Of a stretch of DNA of 64,000 nt, positions 1 through 14,620 are shown piece after piece. The number at the start of each line of letters is the position of its first letter. Position 1 is the stretch's first letter. The DNA comes from the human T2T-CHM13v2.0 reference genome, Homo sapiens: NCBI RefSeq assembly GCF_009914755.1, contig NC_060937.1; one strand, 5' to 3'. Made by a program: the position numbers and the translations under genes. The notes under the pieces were generated by a model that was not told the origin of the DNA, did not search any database, and saw nothing but the letters and a program-made list of their open reading frames with translations.

Positions 1-1351
1 TTGTGTAGGGTTTTTTGTGAAGGGTTTTTTGTGATTTTTTTTGATCTGTTCATATAAGAGATGGGCTGCTAGTTGATATCCTTTTTAAAATTTAATTGAG
101 AAAATTAAATTAGTACAACCTTGATTTTTATATTTTTCTAGTCCTATTACATTACTTATTAGAGCCAAAAAAGTTAGTAATTTGTCCAAACATGCAGAAA
201 ATTGCACACATCACACACATGCATGTACACACACACACATAAACTCTGCACCATTCTCTCCCAGGTAGTTCAAGACAACACTTCACCCCAGGCCATGTTC
301 CCAGTTTCATAATTTGAACAGATTGGCATGCTTTTTCTTATAGAAGAAACATTATTCCCATTAAGCTTAATATTCATGTTTGTTTCCAACACCTTAAAAA
401 GCTAGTCCTCCCATACCACCACGATGACAATGATTCCCATGCCCATATTACTGTGTTATTACTAATGTCATGGAATTCCCCCATCTTCACAGCTCTGTAT
501 AACATTACATTTACGGTTAGTAAAATTCCTCATGTCTTAAACCATTTCCATAATGTTCCTTTAAGTTTCTTCTTGTCTTTATCTAATGTTTAGATGAGAT
601 ATTTAAAGTAAAATATAAAAGTGATATTTAAGAGATTAATCCTTGAGAAGATAAAAGATGACCAGGTTCCAGGATAAAGAAAGAATAGACTGTAATTTGA
701 TAAAGGTAGAAGCTTTAATAGAACAAAATATCCATTTAATAAATAAATATAAATGAATAAATATCAATTTAGTAGAAGGAAATTAGATAAAATATCCATG
801 ACAACACTGTAATAGAAATTTTTCAAGCAGAGAGTATTTTATCTCCCCCATTATCCATACCTTAGGTATGGTAGCCTAAAAGGAGAGCTCTCCTTTTCTC
901 TATCCAGAACACTAGATTTCCTTCTCAATTTACAAGGTTGAGTTTCATCGAAGAGGACTCCATACTGTATGGCTATGGTATTACCATGCCTTCTCACTTT
1001 CAATTACTGAGTTTTCAATCACATCCCCTCACATTATGGAATTTACTATATGGATTAATGTCTTTACACACGTTAACTTGTGATATGTTTTACCATAGCA
1101 TCTATTATCACCATTTTAGATGACTAATCAACAGATACATTTGCCAAATTCTTAACCCCAACTCACGAAAACATTTTCTTCCATTATTCTTCATTACCCC
1201 ACATCACTGATTATTTCTTGAACATTTTATTACTGATTACAGAATTATATATGAAGTGCTGATTGAAACTACCACCCTTTTTGTGCCTAACATTTTCTAT
1301 CTTTGCTTCTTACTCACTAATTTTTTTAATTATGTGGAAATTTCCAGTTCA

Positions 1352-2557
1352 TTTTTTCTTTTTTTTAAATTATACTTTAAGTTATAGGGTACATGTGCAC
1401 AACGTGCATGTTTGTTACATATGTATATATGTGCTGTGTTAGTTTGCTGCACCCATTAACTCATCATTTACATTAGATATACCTCCTAATGCTATCCCTC
1501 CGTGCTCCCCACACTCCGTGATAGGCCCCAGTGTGTGATGTTCCCTACCCTGTGTCCAAGTGTTCTCATTGTTCAATTCCCACCTATGAGTGAGAACATG
1601 CGGTATTTGGTTTTTTGTTCTTGTGATTTATATTCCTTTGGGTATATACCCAGTAATGGGATGGCTGGGTCAAATGGTATTTCTAGTTCTAGATCCTTGA
1701 GGAATCGCCACACTGTCTTCCACAATGGTTGAACTAGTTTACACTCCCACCATCAGTGTAAAAGTGTTCCTATTTCTCCACATCCTCTCCAGCACCTGTT
1801 GTTTCCTGACTTTTTAATGATCGCCATTCTAACTGCTGTGAGATGGTATCTCACTGTGGTTTTGATTTACATTTCTCTGATGGCCAGTGATGGTGAGCAT
1901 TTTTTTCATGTGTCTGTTGGCTGCATAAATGTCTTCTTTTGAGAAGTGTCTGTTCATATTCTTCTCCCACTTTTTGATGGAGTTGTTTGATTTTTTTCTT
2001 GTAAATTTGTTTAAGTTCTTTGTAGATTCTGGATATTAGCCCTTTGTCAGATGGATAGATTGTAAAAATTTTCTCCCATTCTGTATGTTGCCTGTTCACT
2101 GTGATGGTAGTTTCTTTTGCTGTGCAGAAGCTCTTTAGTTTAATTAGATCGCATTTGTCAATTTTGGCTTTTGTTGCCATTGCTTTTGGTGTTTTAGTCA
2201 TGAAGTCCTTGCCCATGCCTATGTTCTGAATGGTATTGCCTAGGTTTTCTACTAGGGTTTTTACGGTTTTAAGTCTAACAGTTAAGTCTTTAATCCATCT
2301 TGAATTAATTTTTGTATAAGGTGTAACGAAGGGATCCAGTTTCAGCTTTCTACACATGGCTAGCCAGTTTTCCCAGCACCATTTTTTAAATAGGGAATCC
2401 TTTCCCCATTTCTTGTTTTTGTCAGGTTTGTCAAATATCAGATGGTTGTAAATGTGTAGTATTATTTCCGAGGGCTCTGCTCTGTTCCATTGGTCTATAT
2501 CTCTGTTTTGGTACCAGTACCATGCTGTTTTGGTTATTGTAGCCTTGTAGTATAGTT
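1352..2557 (-). mobile_element. 5'-truncated LINE-1 (L1PA4-6-like): 3' UTR and ORF2 C-terminal part, with an internal deletion
   Basis: Poly-T then ttatactttaagttatagggtacatgtgcacaacgtgc (reverse of the L1PA 3' end). ORF 1851..2357(-) [24 protein letters not shown]...[21 protein letters not shown] is L1 ORF2p sequence. Homology stops at gccttgtagtatagttt. Confidence 0.95.
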
Positions 2558-2799
2558 TTTTTCTATGCTAGAGCAAACCTTCTCTTTTTCAAATTAGATT
2601 CCACAGTTTGGCATAACAATGCCCTATGATCAATATAAAATAAATGCTCATCTATTTTATTCTAACATTCACTATCCATCTTGGAAAAAAGCCATAAAAG
2701 TTATAGCTAACCGGAAAAAAATAAAAAAAATCAAATAAAACAAAACAAGTTCATATTTTCACCTAAATAACTCAATATTGTGGTAGAAAAATCACCCAA

Positions 2800-3035
2800 T
2801 ATTAATTCATTTTTCCAAAGAACTGTGACCTCGAGCCTCAAATGTGCATCTGACACTGGCCAGCATTTCTACATTACCTCTCTTTAAGCACTCTGTCTCC
2901 ATTTCCCTGACATTATACTCCCCTGTTTTTCTCTATTTCTCACTTGCTTCTTAATTTGCCTTATTTTTGTCTCCTCTTTTTCATTCTAGTTTCTAGAATT
3001 CTGGAGTAATTTGTAGTTATTTTCTGGGCCTCTGT
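2800..3035 (+). mobile_element. Ancient L2 fragment
   Basis: Pyrimidine-rich ccctgacattatactcccctgtttttctctatttctc resembles the L2 motif catgacaccacactctcctggttttcctcc; very diverged, boundaries approximate. Confidence 0.45.
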
Positions 3036-3040
3036 TTTTT

Positions 3041-3089
3041 ATATATATATATTATATATATATGTATATATATATAATATATATATATA
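3041..3089. repeat. (TA)n microsatellite, imperfect
   Basis: atatatatatattatatatatatgtatatatatataatatatatatata seen directly. Confidence 0.9.
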
Positions 3090-3175
3090 ATTTTAGTAAC
3101 AATGAGTTAACATGTGAACCTAGAACTTTAACATCTGGATACACATACATACATGTGCCTGCACAAACCAAGCAA

Positions 3176-3207
3176 ACACACACACACACATACACATACA
3201 CACACAC
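3176..3207. repeat. (CA)n microsatellite, imperfect
   Basis: acacacacacacacatacacatacacacacac. Confidence 0.9.
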
Positions 3208-3548
3208 GTTTCCTAACATCCAAATTAACCTAATCAACTCTTTACTTGGCATCGACAGCTGTATTTCATGTGTTTGAGAATAAGCATTACTTTATACTGT
3301 AATTCTGCTAATTCTATTATCGGAAGATCTAGAGACATCTCAATAAATGTCAAGTTCCCAGAAACCCATTACATTTAAGGCCTGCTTAACTATCAGGTTC
3401 TTGACTACCTCTGGTTTTGGCTGCTGGTAATTTCCTTTATTTTATTCTGAATATATTAGTGTTCTTCACCTTGTTCATTATAGCAGAGCCACATTTTCTT
3501 CAGACACACCCAGCCTATCTTTTCTTTAGGTAGTTGCACCACCTATTT

Positions 3549-3570
3549 TGTTGTTGTTGTTGTTGTTGTT
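3549..3570. repeat. (TTG)n microsatellite
   Basis: tgttgttgttgttgttgttgtt. Confidence 0.9.
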
Positions 3571-4087
3571 TTAGACTGAAAAGTTGTTCCCCAAGCACAT
3601 CATAACCCACATACTTCAGCTGAGATAACTAAAGTTATTATTTCTCCATTCTGGTTATCTTCTACCTAACAATTTATTGCTATATTTATTTTAACTTTTC
3701 ATTTATTTTTAAATGGTTTATTGCCTATTTCCATCCTTAGAACATATCTCTTGTGGATAGATTTGTAAACTAGAAAATATATCAACTTCACATGATTTTA
3801 TTTTCTTTGTTAAACTACTATTTTAAAAATAAAATGGTACTTATATATAGATATATCTTCAGCTTCTGCATTTTAAAATTCAGCAGCTCCAAACTATTTC
3901 TCCTTAGGCTTACCCTGAGTTAGTCCCTGAGCTTCTGATAATCCTCAATGACTGAATAGAATCTCTACGTGCATTTTGGAAGGTATTCAGCAATGAGCGT
4001 GTTCAGATCATTACCAACTATATTACTACAAACTTTAAATATAATTTTCATCCATTGCCCTTGTTTCAGAATCAAATTAACATTTCA

Positions 4088-4590
4088 CTTGGTAACCACT
4101 ATTCTATTCTGTGTTTTTATGAGTTTGACTTTTTTCAGATTTCACAGATAAGTGAGATTATGTGGTATTTGTCTTTCTGTGCCTGGCTTATTTTACTTAA
4201 CATAATATCCTCCAGGTTCATCTGTGCTGTCACAAATGATAGAAATTCCTTCTTCTTTAAGGCTGAATTATGGTTATCAGGAGTTGGGGGAGAGGAATGG
4301 GGACAGGTGGATCAAAGGAGACAACATTTTCGGTAAAAGAAATACATTAAGATCTATTTTATATGATAATTATTTTTAATAACAATGTATTAGATACCTG
4401 ATACATTGCTTATAACAGGGCTTAATTATTCTCACCTTAAAAATGATAAGTACATGAGGTAATGGGGGTGTGAATTAGCCTGATTTAGTAATTCCACACT
4501 GTCTACATATAACAAAACATCAAGTTGTACACCACAAATATACATAATTTTTATTTATCAATTTAAAATAAATAAATTAAAATTATAGAA
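4088..4590 (+). mobile_element. L1MA-type 3' end with inverted 5' segment (4088-4268 minus, 4271-4590 plus)
   Basis: The minus part matches L1MA attcagccttaaa...agaatagtggttacca. The plus part runs tggttatcagg...caagttgtacaccacaaatatacataatttttatttatcaattt into an A-rich tail. Confidence 0.8.
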
Positions 4591-4757
4591 AAAATTTACT
4601 TTGACATCATTTAAAAAATTTTTCTGTTTCTCCTGAACCAACTAGGTACCATATTTTGCTGATATTAATGCCAAGATGTTTGCCATCTCTTTATTTCAGT
4701 TATTTCAGTGACTAAATATACTGTATCATCATTTGCTATCGTTCAACCATGCAATTA

Positions 4758-4836
4758 TTAGGTTGGTGCAAAATAATTGAGATTTTTGCCACTACTTTTA
4801 ATGGCCCAAACCGCAATTACTTTTGCACCAACCTAA
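4758..4836. mobile_element. MADE1 (Hsmar1-derived MITE)
   Basis: Terminal inverted repeats ttaggttggtgcaaaa...ttttgcaccaacctaa, about 80 bp, TA on the left flank. Confidence 0.95.
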
Positions 4837-5044
4837 ATATAATAACTTTCTATTAATGATAGGTCAATTATATTCCCTTCACTTATTCACTTCTCCGTAA
4901 GTTATATACATTTTAATCAGAATTATTTGTATAATATAAAAATTTTATATGGTAATTTTTTATACTAACATTTTGTAACTTACTCATTCAGTTAAATGAA
5001 ATAATCTCAGTAACTATACAATACTAAACAACCAATTCTTCCAC

Positions 5045-5175
5045 ACTCAATTTTCTTCCACCCAACACTGGGGATTATTATTTAGCAGATTTGATTTAGT
5101 GCCTGGGAATCATTATTCTAAATATTATCACAAGTGATTCCAATAATCTCACAGCTTTAGAAACAGCTGTTCTAG
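5045..5175. mobile_element. Degenerate MER5-like hAT-Charlie fragment
   Basis: gcctgggaatcattattctaaat...caagtgattccaat...tttagaaacagctgttctag resembles the MER5 end. Confidence 0.4.
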
Positions 5176-7016
5176 ACAAGATCAATTCCTAAAACTCTTT
5201 AAATTGTCTCACTTTATTTCTGCACCAAGGCTACATTACAACAAGAATGGTTTTCTCATTTAAATCTGCATATTTTTCAAAACAATTCATATCATATTTT
5301 ATTTAAAATGGCTTCTAAATAAAGCTCTCACTAAAAATCAGTCTCCATATTATCCATCTTTCCATTATCTGTTATGTATGTTTATGTCTTTGAGCTTATT
5401 ATTTTATCAAACATTAGTTATAATTTATAGATATCCCATGTTTCTACATGAGGAATCATCTGCATGTTCGGAGCCACGTTTTCTCATTGCCATGAAAAAA
5501 GAAAAAGCTATGTTTTTATGCTGATTTTTTCATTACAACTTCTCCAATTTTATTTTACCCTTAACATTAGTTTAACATGTGATAACTATCCAATATATAA
5601 CACCTGTCCTTGACATGGTTTCTTCTTTGTACCTCATGTACAGTATGCAATAAATACATTATGATTCGGTAATATCTTTCAGATTTGTCAAATAATATAT
5701 TTCTGTAGAAGAATCACAATACTTTTATTGTTGCAATAATTAATTATACAATTGACCAACTAAAAGGTAAACATTATCGATTTGTATTTGAGATTAAAAG
5801 TCTAGAAAATTGGTTAGTCTGTTTCTCTAGAAGTGTCAAGAGTTTTGTTTCAAGAGGCAGAAAACAAAAAGAAATCTAATATTAGGGAAATGAATTCCCT
5901 TTTTTGTATTGAGTATATATATCTATATGAATTAATGCATATATTTTGCATTAACTTTGGTAGTAGTTATGAATTTCAAAATATTAACAGGATATGTAAA
6001 TCAACAAAATGAATGCTTCAAAATAGCCCACATATTATTTAAAGGTAAATATTATTAATCATATTTAACTATTGGGTAGATATTAACTGATGCCATACTA
6101 TATTAGTAAAATGAAATGATATTTTAACTATGTACATATTCACAAGCATGGTATAGAAAGTTAATTGAAATATTCCAGAAAACAATTTTACATAAATTAG
6201 AGCAGATATGATTATCTGCAAAAACATATATTGTCTTGTAGGCCAGAAAACAGCTAAAATTTTACTGTGTGCATTCCATTTGCCAGACATTAATCTACTA
6301 GAATCTTGTAACCAAAGCACCCAGATTTCTTTGCTTATCACATGCACTCTAGGGATCTATGTTATTGCACTCATTTACGTAGAAAGTTACATAGCAGTTA
6401 TTTCACTATTTCTTAGTTAATTTTCATATTACTTCTAGGAATAGAATGAAGAGAGGTGAAAATATTATTATCTCAATTTCAAATGTTAAATATTATTTGT
6501 TATATAAAATGACAGTTTGTATGTAAAATAAAGCAAAATAATAAAAATTACTAAATAAAGTAAAACAACATAATTGCAATATTAACACCCTCAATGCTAT
6601 ACTATTTTGTAACTAGATATTGCTTTATACATTATGTATTTATAGGTATATTTTAGTATATACTAGAGATACAGCCATGAGTAACAACAAATATTTCCTA
6701 GCAATAAAATCCATCACGGTGTATTCTGAACACAATTTATTTTACCATCTTAGTGCCCAGGCAATGGACTCAAATTTCAGTCACCTTTATCCCTTCTTTA
6801 TATTCCAATCCCTTTATTTTGCCCACATTCAGTAAGTGATCGAATACTACGAACTCTTCCCTCTTCTTTATTACATTTGTTTCATCTTCTACATATCCTC
6901 TTCCACTGTTTTATTACAAATCTTTACCACGTTTCACTTGAATGATTTTATACAATCTTTTGTCCACAAGTCATGGGTTCTTAAGACTATGGATGTCATA
7001 TGTTTAATATACTTGA

Positions 7017-7427
<411 letters not shown>

Positions 7428-7740
7428 TGAAATGCAAGGCCTCTCCTGACTCTAAGCTACCTTTGCAGAAATATTGGTAATACTCTGATTTCCATTTTTT
7501 TGTTATTTGCCCCTTCCTCGTGTCTAATGCTTGAAATCCTAGACTCAATTCAAAGCTTAATTTGAATGTCTTTTCATGCTGTAAAATATTTCTGGTTGCC
7601 TTACACAAGACAGAATGTCATAAAATATTTGTAATCTCTCATTCACTGATCAGATTCTATGTTATTTTTCTGTGACCTGTTTTATATCTTCTACATAATT
7701 ATACAAACACTGAAGGCTGAAACTGTTTCCAATTAGTTTT

Positions 7741-8037
<297 letters not shown>

Positions 8038-10462
8038 ACTTCCAATTAGTTTTTGCATTTGATAGAAAATGTGGTGCAATGCCTGATGTTAAGAAACGCA
8101 AAATAAGATATAGATAATCACTGTTCTGCAACCATCCAATAAGGCATTATGCTTCTCTCACCTATTTTTTTCTGGACAAAAGAATTTAGATTTCAAATGT
8201 TTTATTAACTTGGCTCCAATATCTCTCTTTGCCAAATACGTGATTTTTTTTTAATCCTTTGCGACCTTAGAAAAACAAAAGGGGTATTAAATGCTGTAAT
8301 TTTCTCTCTCTCTCCTCTACTTGCAAACAATAATTTGGTTATGTAAATACATTTTCTTACAGCAAAATTAAATAATTAATAAAATAATATTTTTATGACT
8401 AAAATGAAGTTCTGTTATTGACTCCTATTCCCTTCTGTGACTGGTATTGGTAGGCCTTTAATTTCCCAATTATTGAGACTTTGTTAGCCAGTTTCTGCAT
8501 ACCAATTCAATGCCACTCTTGACATGTTACTGTTTATATAGTGTTTTCTGCTGTGTTGTCTGATTTTATACTTCATCTGCTTTAAGCTAGTGTGGTTATT
8601 CTTTGAAAAAGCAAAGTTTGTATGCTGAGTAGAGCAAGTTTTCGTCCTTTCTAATGACGCTTATTAAAGTTCAAGCTTTAAAGACCGAGTAAATCATCCT
8701 CTACTTCCCATACACTAGGTATGGTACATATGCCGTTATTATTGCACATGTTAATAGCTACATTTAAAAAGCTTCACAAACCATGACTTCTTAGAATTGT
8801 GTCTCAATTGGTTTACTTCAAAGAAATACCAAATGCCCCTTTTCTTATGAAGACCAGTATGTTATTTCTGTAGCTGTGAAGTAAAGTATTATATAAACCT
8901 TAATGGGTTTAGAGGTAAACAAAATGTTTTCTGATCATTGTTTCCTGGAAAACTCTGCCTCATTTCCCTAAAGCCCTACCTTGTAAAGCTGCTTGCTTTG
9001 TCTCACTTTCAAATGTCAACTCTCTAATGTACAGCTGAGGATTAAAAAAAAGTCACCTGTTTAAACACAGCATCAATTCCCTGGTGTATTTGACCGAGAA
9101 ACAATTTCAGATAATCATATCAGTATCTAAATTCCACACAAATATTTTCAAATCTCAGTAGATTATGTGAAGTAAGAATACTTAAATACTTAAAGATCAC
9201 TCTTAAGTGATCTTTAGTTCTTAACCAGTTATTACAAGGCGAAATAGAAGATTCAGGTCACTGAGATGACGGCAATCATTCTTGGTTGGTTACTGTTGTT
9301 AGTCACTTGGTGAATGTGTTACCAATTTGACACACCATCAATAATGAAGTCTACCTTCAAGGCAATCATTAAATTGCATCTACTTATTTTATTTAGAGTT
9401 CACTATTTAAAATAAAGTATTTGGTATTATACTATATCAAATGACGTAGTTTTCCTTTGGTAATTTATATATTCCTCTTATGGATATGACTTTCTTTTCT
9501 TATTGCAATCTTATGCACTGCTCTTAAATTTAATGTATTTAAACCTGTTTTTGTATCTTACAATATAACTAAAAGTCCCTATAATTTACTCAGACTTCCT
9601 CAAAGCACAATGATAATTCATTCCATATTATAACCCAACTCCCTTACATACAAATTTGTGAATAATCCAATTTACTACAAATTATTCATTTACTGTAAGA
9701 AATGTAGGATAATATTATTTGCACGGTACCATCAAGAAAGACTACTGCTAACTATTTAGCCTCAATTTAGCTGAATAGAAAACATAATAAATCAATCACA
9801 TGCAATTTCATGTTTTACAAAAAACATCATAATGCATTTTTCAATAAAAAGGCAAAATGAATAGCAGTCCAACCTCTTGAGAAGCAACTTTGTTTAATTT
9901 TGAAAGCAATTTGAAAAATCTCAGGTATGATCTATTTGGTTTGTATTAAACTTTTGTATTTATTTATTCAATGTTTAGGCAAACGTAGGAACTTATGGTT
10001 ACAATAAAAATAATGAGCCTTATATACATATTTATTATAAAAATAATTTTTGAGAGGCTTCATTTGTACATTGATTTTAATAAGATTGCATAATGTTTCT
10101 TGATCAAGTTTTTTAAACATTTATTTCTTTGATTAGCATTGAAAACTTGAGATCTATTTATAATTTGTCTTTTATTTGCACTGATTTCAACATCCTAAAC
10201 TTTATAAAGCTTGCTTAATATCAATATTCCAAATAAGACTCTTTCCCATTAGAATTTCATAGTACGTTGAAATTAAAAATAATAAAATTAATAATTATAG
10301 TAGCATCTTATACGTATCCTTCTACAGTTATCTAAAGGGACACAAGACATGAATTTTATATAGAAGTAATATTTAAACAACGTATCTGTCAAATTAGAGG
10401 GATAAAAATATAAGAAACGTCCAAAAGAACCTGTGGAATGAACAAAGGTATAAAAAAGTTCA

Positions 10463-11167
<705 letters not shown>

Positions 11168-14100
11168 CTAATGATAAGCCATTTGAGTTTTGTGCAGGAG
11201 AGCATTTTGATCAACTGAGTATTTAAAGAATAATCACGTTTTACATTGTAGAAAATGGCTTAAAGAAGGTTAAGTAGAGAAGGAAAGCAGAAAGACAGAT
11301 GTTGTTTGGGAAGTCTCAGTGAGAAAAAATGAGAGAATGTCCTGGTTCTGAAGAGAAGATTCAATTTTATTATAGACAGTAGACTCACAGAGTGTCAGAC
11401 AATATTGTAGTGCAGTAAACTGACATATACACAGGAATTTGTTATGGAGAATTAACACTCAATCAACACCTCTTAGACAGCGAACTAAAGTTCCAGATAA
11501 AATCAATAATAATGTATTTTCCAAAAACCTTGGGAATAGGGATTTCTGTAATATATTAGCTTACAATAGTCAACAAATATTTATTATTCTTTAAAACTAT
11601 TTTTCTAAAACTTTGGCTTCAATTAAATGTAGAAATTTAAATAAGTTAAATGGTACATTTAAATCTCAGTTCTGTTTTCTGCTTCATTTTCTTCTATTTA
11701 TCTCAAGACTAGGTGCATATATTTAAAATTATATTTTTGATACATATAATTGTGCATTGAAACACATAGATGTATTAAAATTATTGCTAATCTAAAATTA
11801 CTATTTGCTTAACAAAACAAAAATAGACTGTGTAAAAGAAAATATTTATTCCCTTTTCCACTCTCCTAATTACAGTTTGCTGTCATTACAGTTGCACACC
11901 TTTTCATATAATTCTCAGTGTTTTTACAAATAAAATCTTTCATACAATGAATTGATATTTACTTGGTGTATTTTCTATTGAATTGAAAAACATAAAATAG
12001 TTGAGAAAACAATCAAATTGTGTAAAACACTCATTCTCAATATTTCTGTTTACAATATATTATCACATATAAGCTATAATTCTTACTTTTCTTATGGTCT
12101 TCATATGATGCTCATTCTGTTTATAGCTGACAACTTCTTCCTTCTCACAAAAAGAAAGGCTTGATGTCATTTAAACATATCCATGCTGAAGTCGTCATGC
12201 CAGTTGAACTCAACTGAGCAGCCTCTAATCACGCTGGCCTCTCTGGTTCTCAAATGTTTTCAGGGACTTTATCCTTTCACAATGTCTTTTTTTTCTTAGT
12301 TTCTGAAACTCATTTTGACTTTTTTTTTTTTTTTTTTTTTTTTGCTCTTGTATGTTACTTAGCTCCTAGCTGGGTGCCAGATCATTATGGGTGCACACAT
12401 GTATTTTTAATGCATGGCTGTAAAGCTACATTAATACCTCGCATCTTCTAATGCTAGGCAAAATTGACTCAGGTGCTCAAGTCTCTTACGAAAATGGGTC
12501 TCATAGGAACTTGGTTTATTCTCTACAGGGAAGTTAAACAGTCCAGAAGAAACGATTATGTAATCAAAGCATTGCCTGTGGCTATTCTCTGTTCTTTTCA
12601 TGCCTTTGATCTGCCAGTCATACCCTGTGGTATATTTCTTTTCTTAAGCTAGACTTGAACTATTTTTTATTATTTCTTTTTTAAACATTTATTGTGCTCA
12701 TATTATTTTTTTTCAAACCAGGGTATATATGTACTAGAAGGGGTTAGTCAGATAACAAGTTTACGTGTTGTAAGCACAGAATGGCATTGGGAAAGTTCTC
12801 ACCGCAATAGGTGAAAGATTGTTGAGTCTTTAAGGATGTAGCCACCATTTCTGTCTGAAAACTTGAAACATTGGGAAGGGGAAGTAAATAAAGATGTAGT
12901 CAATGTATACTAAGCTCTTCAACATAAGCTTTGCTTATACACACACACAGAGACACACGCAAATGTGTATAGATACATATTTACTTAATTATGCATTTGT
13001 ATGTGGATGGGCATTCCTGTATGTACCCAAAACAAGTAGAAAGTGTATATCCTGTCTATGTTTATCATTTTAGAGTAATAATTTATTTGGCCTGGCATAA
13101 TTTTGGTGTATCCAAATGAAGACAGCTTGGGACTACTCTTTTAAAGCTACAGCTGTGTATTTCTGGCTGCTTATTCAAAAAATTTTGTTCATCATGAAAG
13201 ATGTATCTGCAGGGAAACACTTATCTTTTCAATTCCACACGTGTTTAAGCTCCTAAATTTTATTCTTTCCAGCAGAGATTTGCTGTCAAGCACATAACAT
13301 GATGTTTGATCTTAACCTGTTAATTACTTACATCACACTTAGGGCACATTAGGCAAACAGCTCAATTTATGTAAATTTGGGGACTTGTGCTTTGAATGCA
13401 TAGCAAAGAAATGGTGGTTCAGATCATTTTTAATGGCTATGTTAAAGGTGAAAGCAATAGTGAACTGGTATAGTTTAATATTAATAAACATGCATATTCA
13501 CTGAAATTCATGTGGGAACAATTTTCCAGATTATTTATATATTCATTGATAGACATTTTAGAAAACCAAATTATTTCCCAAATCTTACAGGAGAGTATGT
13601 GTTATGAACATTTCTATTTTCCATTATTTTAATGTACATATAATAAAAAAGAGCTGCTACAGATACAATTGTTCTCTTTTTATAGTTAATTCTATCATAA
13701 TATTTAAGCAAATGATTATTTCTGAAAAGTCTCAGTTGATATGCAGCTGATGTGAGTTATCTTCAACCGTAATCTTAAGAAGGCAAATAACATTACTTTC
13801 ATGCTTGTGGTGAATTCATGTAATATTTGGGAAGGTGCAAAACAACCTTATTAGGTAAGATAAATTAGAATTTTTATTTATGCAGGCAAAGATCTACTTT
13901 GTGAAATATAGAAGATTATTTATTTTTATTTCAAGTCTTCTACCTTTTATTTGCTCTGTCTCCACTAATCCAACTGGTCAGTGTGCCAGTAGACTATCCA
14001 GTGGGAATAGTGTTAGCAAAGGTTTTTGACACAATATTAGCTTTAAATTAAAGATATCTGAAGTTTTACCATTTCACTTTCTGTGATATTTTGATAACAT

Positions 14101-14194
14101 TAATAGCATTAACACACTTACCTTTCTTTCAAATTTGCTAAAAATAGGGGTTGATTGTATTCAAATTTTGTCTCCGAGACTATTCATCCTTCCA

Positions 14195-14620
14195 GACAAA
14201 GACTATTAAACATAACTTTCTCCTTAATCAAATTTTAGTAAGGCTCCTATAAGCTCTCTTCTCAAGTAGTCCTCAACCTTGCATTTCTTTTTCATCCTTG
14301 CAGAATTCACCTTTAGCAATAAGCCTGCTAAATCACTTTAGGGAGAATCCGTCCACTCTTAATATGAAGTCACTCTGGCCTGCCCTCAGCAAGAATCCCG
14401 TTTGGTCAGTCTAGCAATAATTTCTCCTATCCTTGATGTCTGTTCTTAGTAATTTTCCATCCAACAGCCAACCCCAATCTGCTCCTTGGCTATTAATCCC
14501 CACTTTCTCCAATTGTATTTAGAGTTGAGTCTAATCTCCCTCCCCTATAGTCATGGCACATATTGCAATATTTTTAAATAAAGCCTTTAGCATTTCAGCA
14601 AGTGTCAGAAATATTTTAAC
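14195..14620 (+). mobile_element. ERV1 solo LTR, MER31-like
   Basis: ctttctccttaatcaaattttagtaaggctcct, repeated cagcaagaatcc...gtcagtctagc motif, aataaa near the 3' end, ends in ca. Confidence 0.7.

Noticed and set aside
1851-2357. Longest ORF (168 aa) as a protein-coding gene
   Set aside because: It is a fragment of L1 ORF2p in a truncated, promoterless L1 and shifts out of frame after YKKK.
12320-12343. T24 run as the tail of a processed pseudogene
   Set aside because: No TSD and no minus-strand poly(A) signal next to it; the adjacent sequence resembles a decayed L2 3' end. Most likely a slippage expansion.
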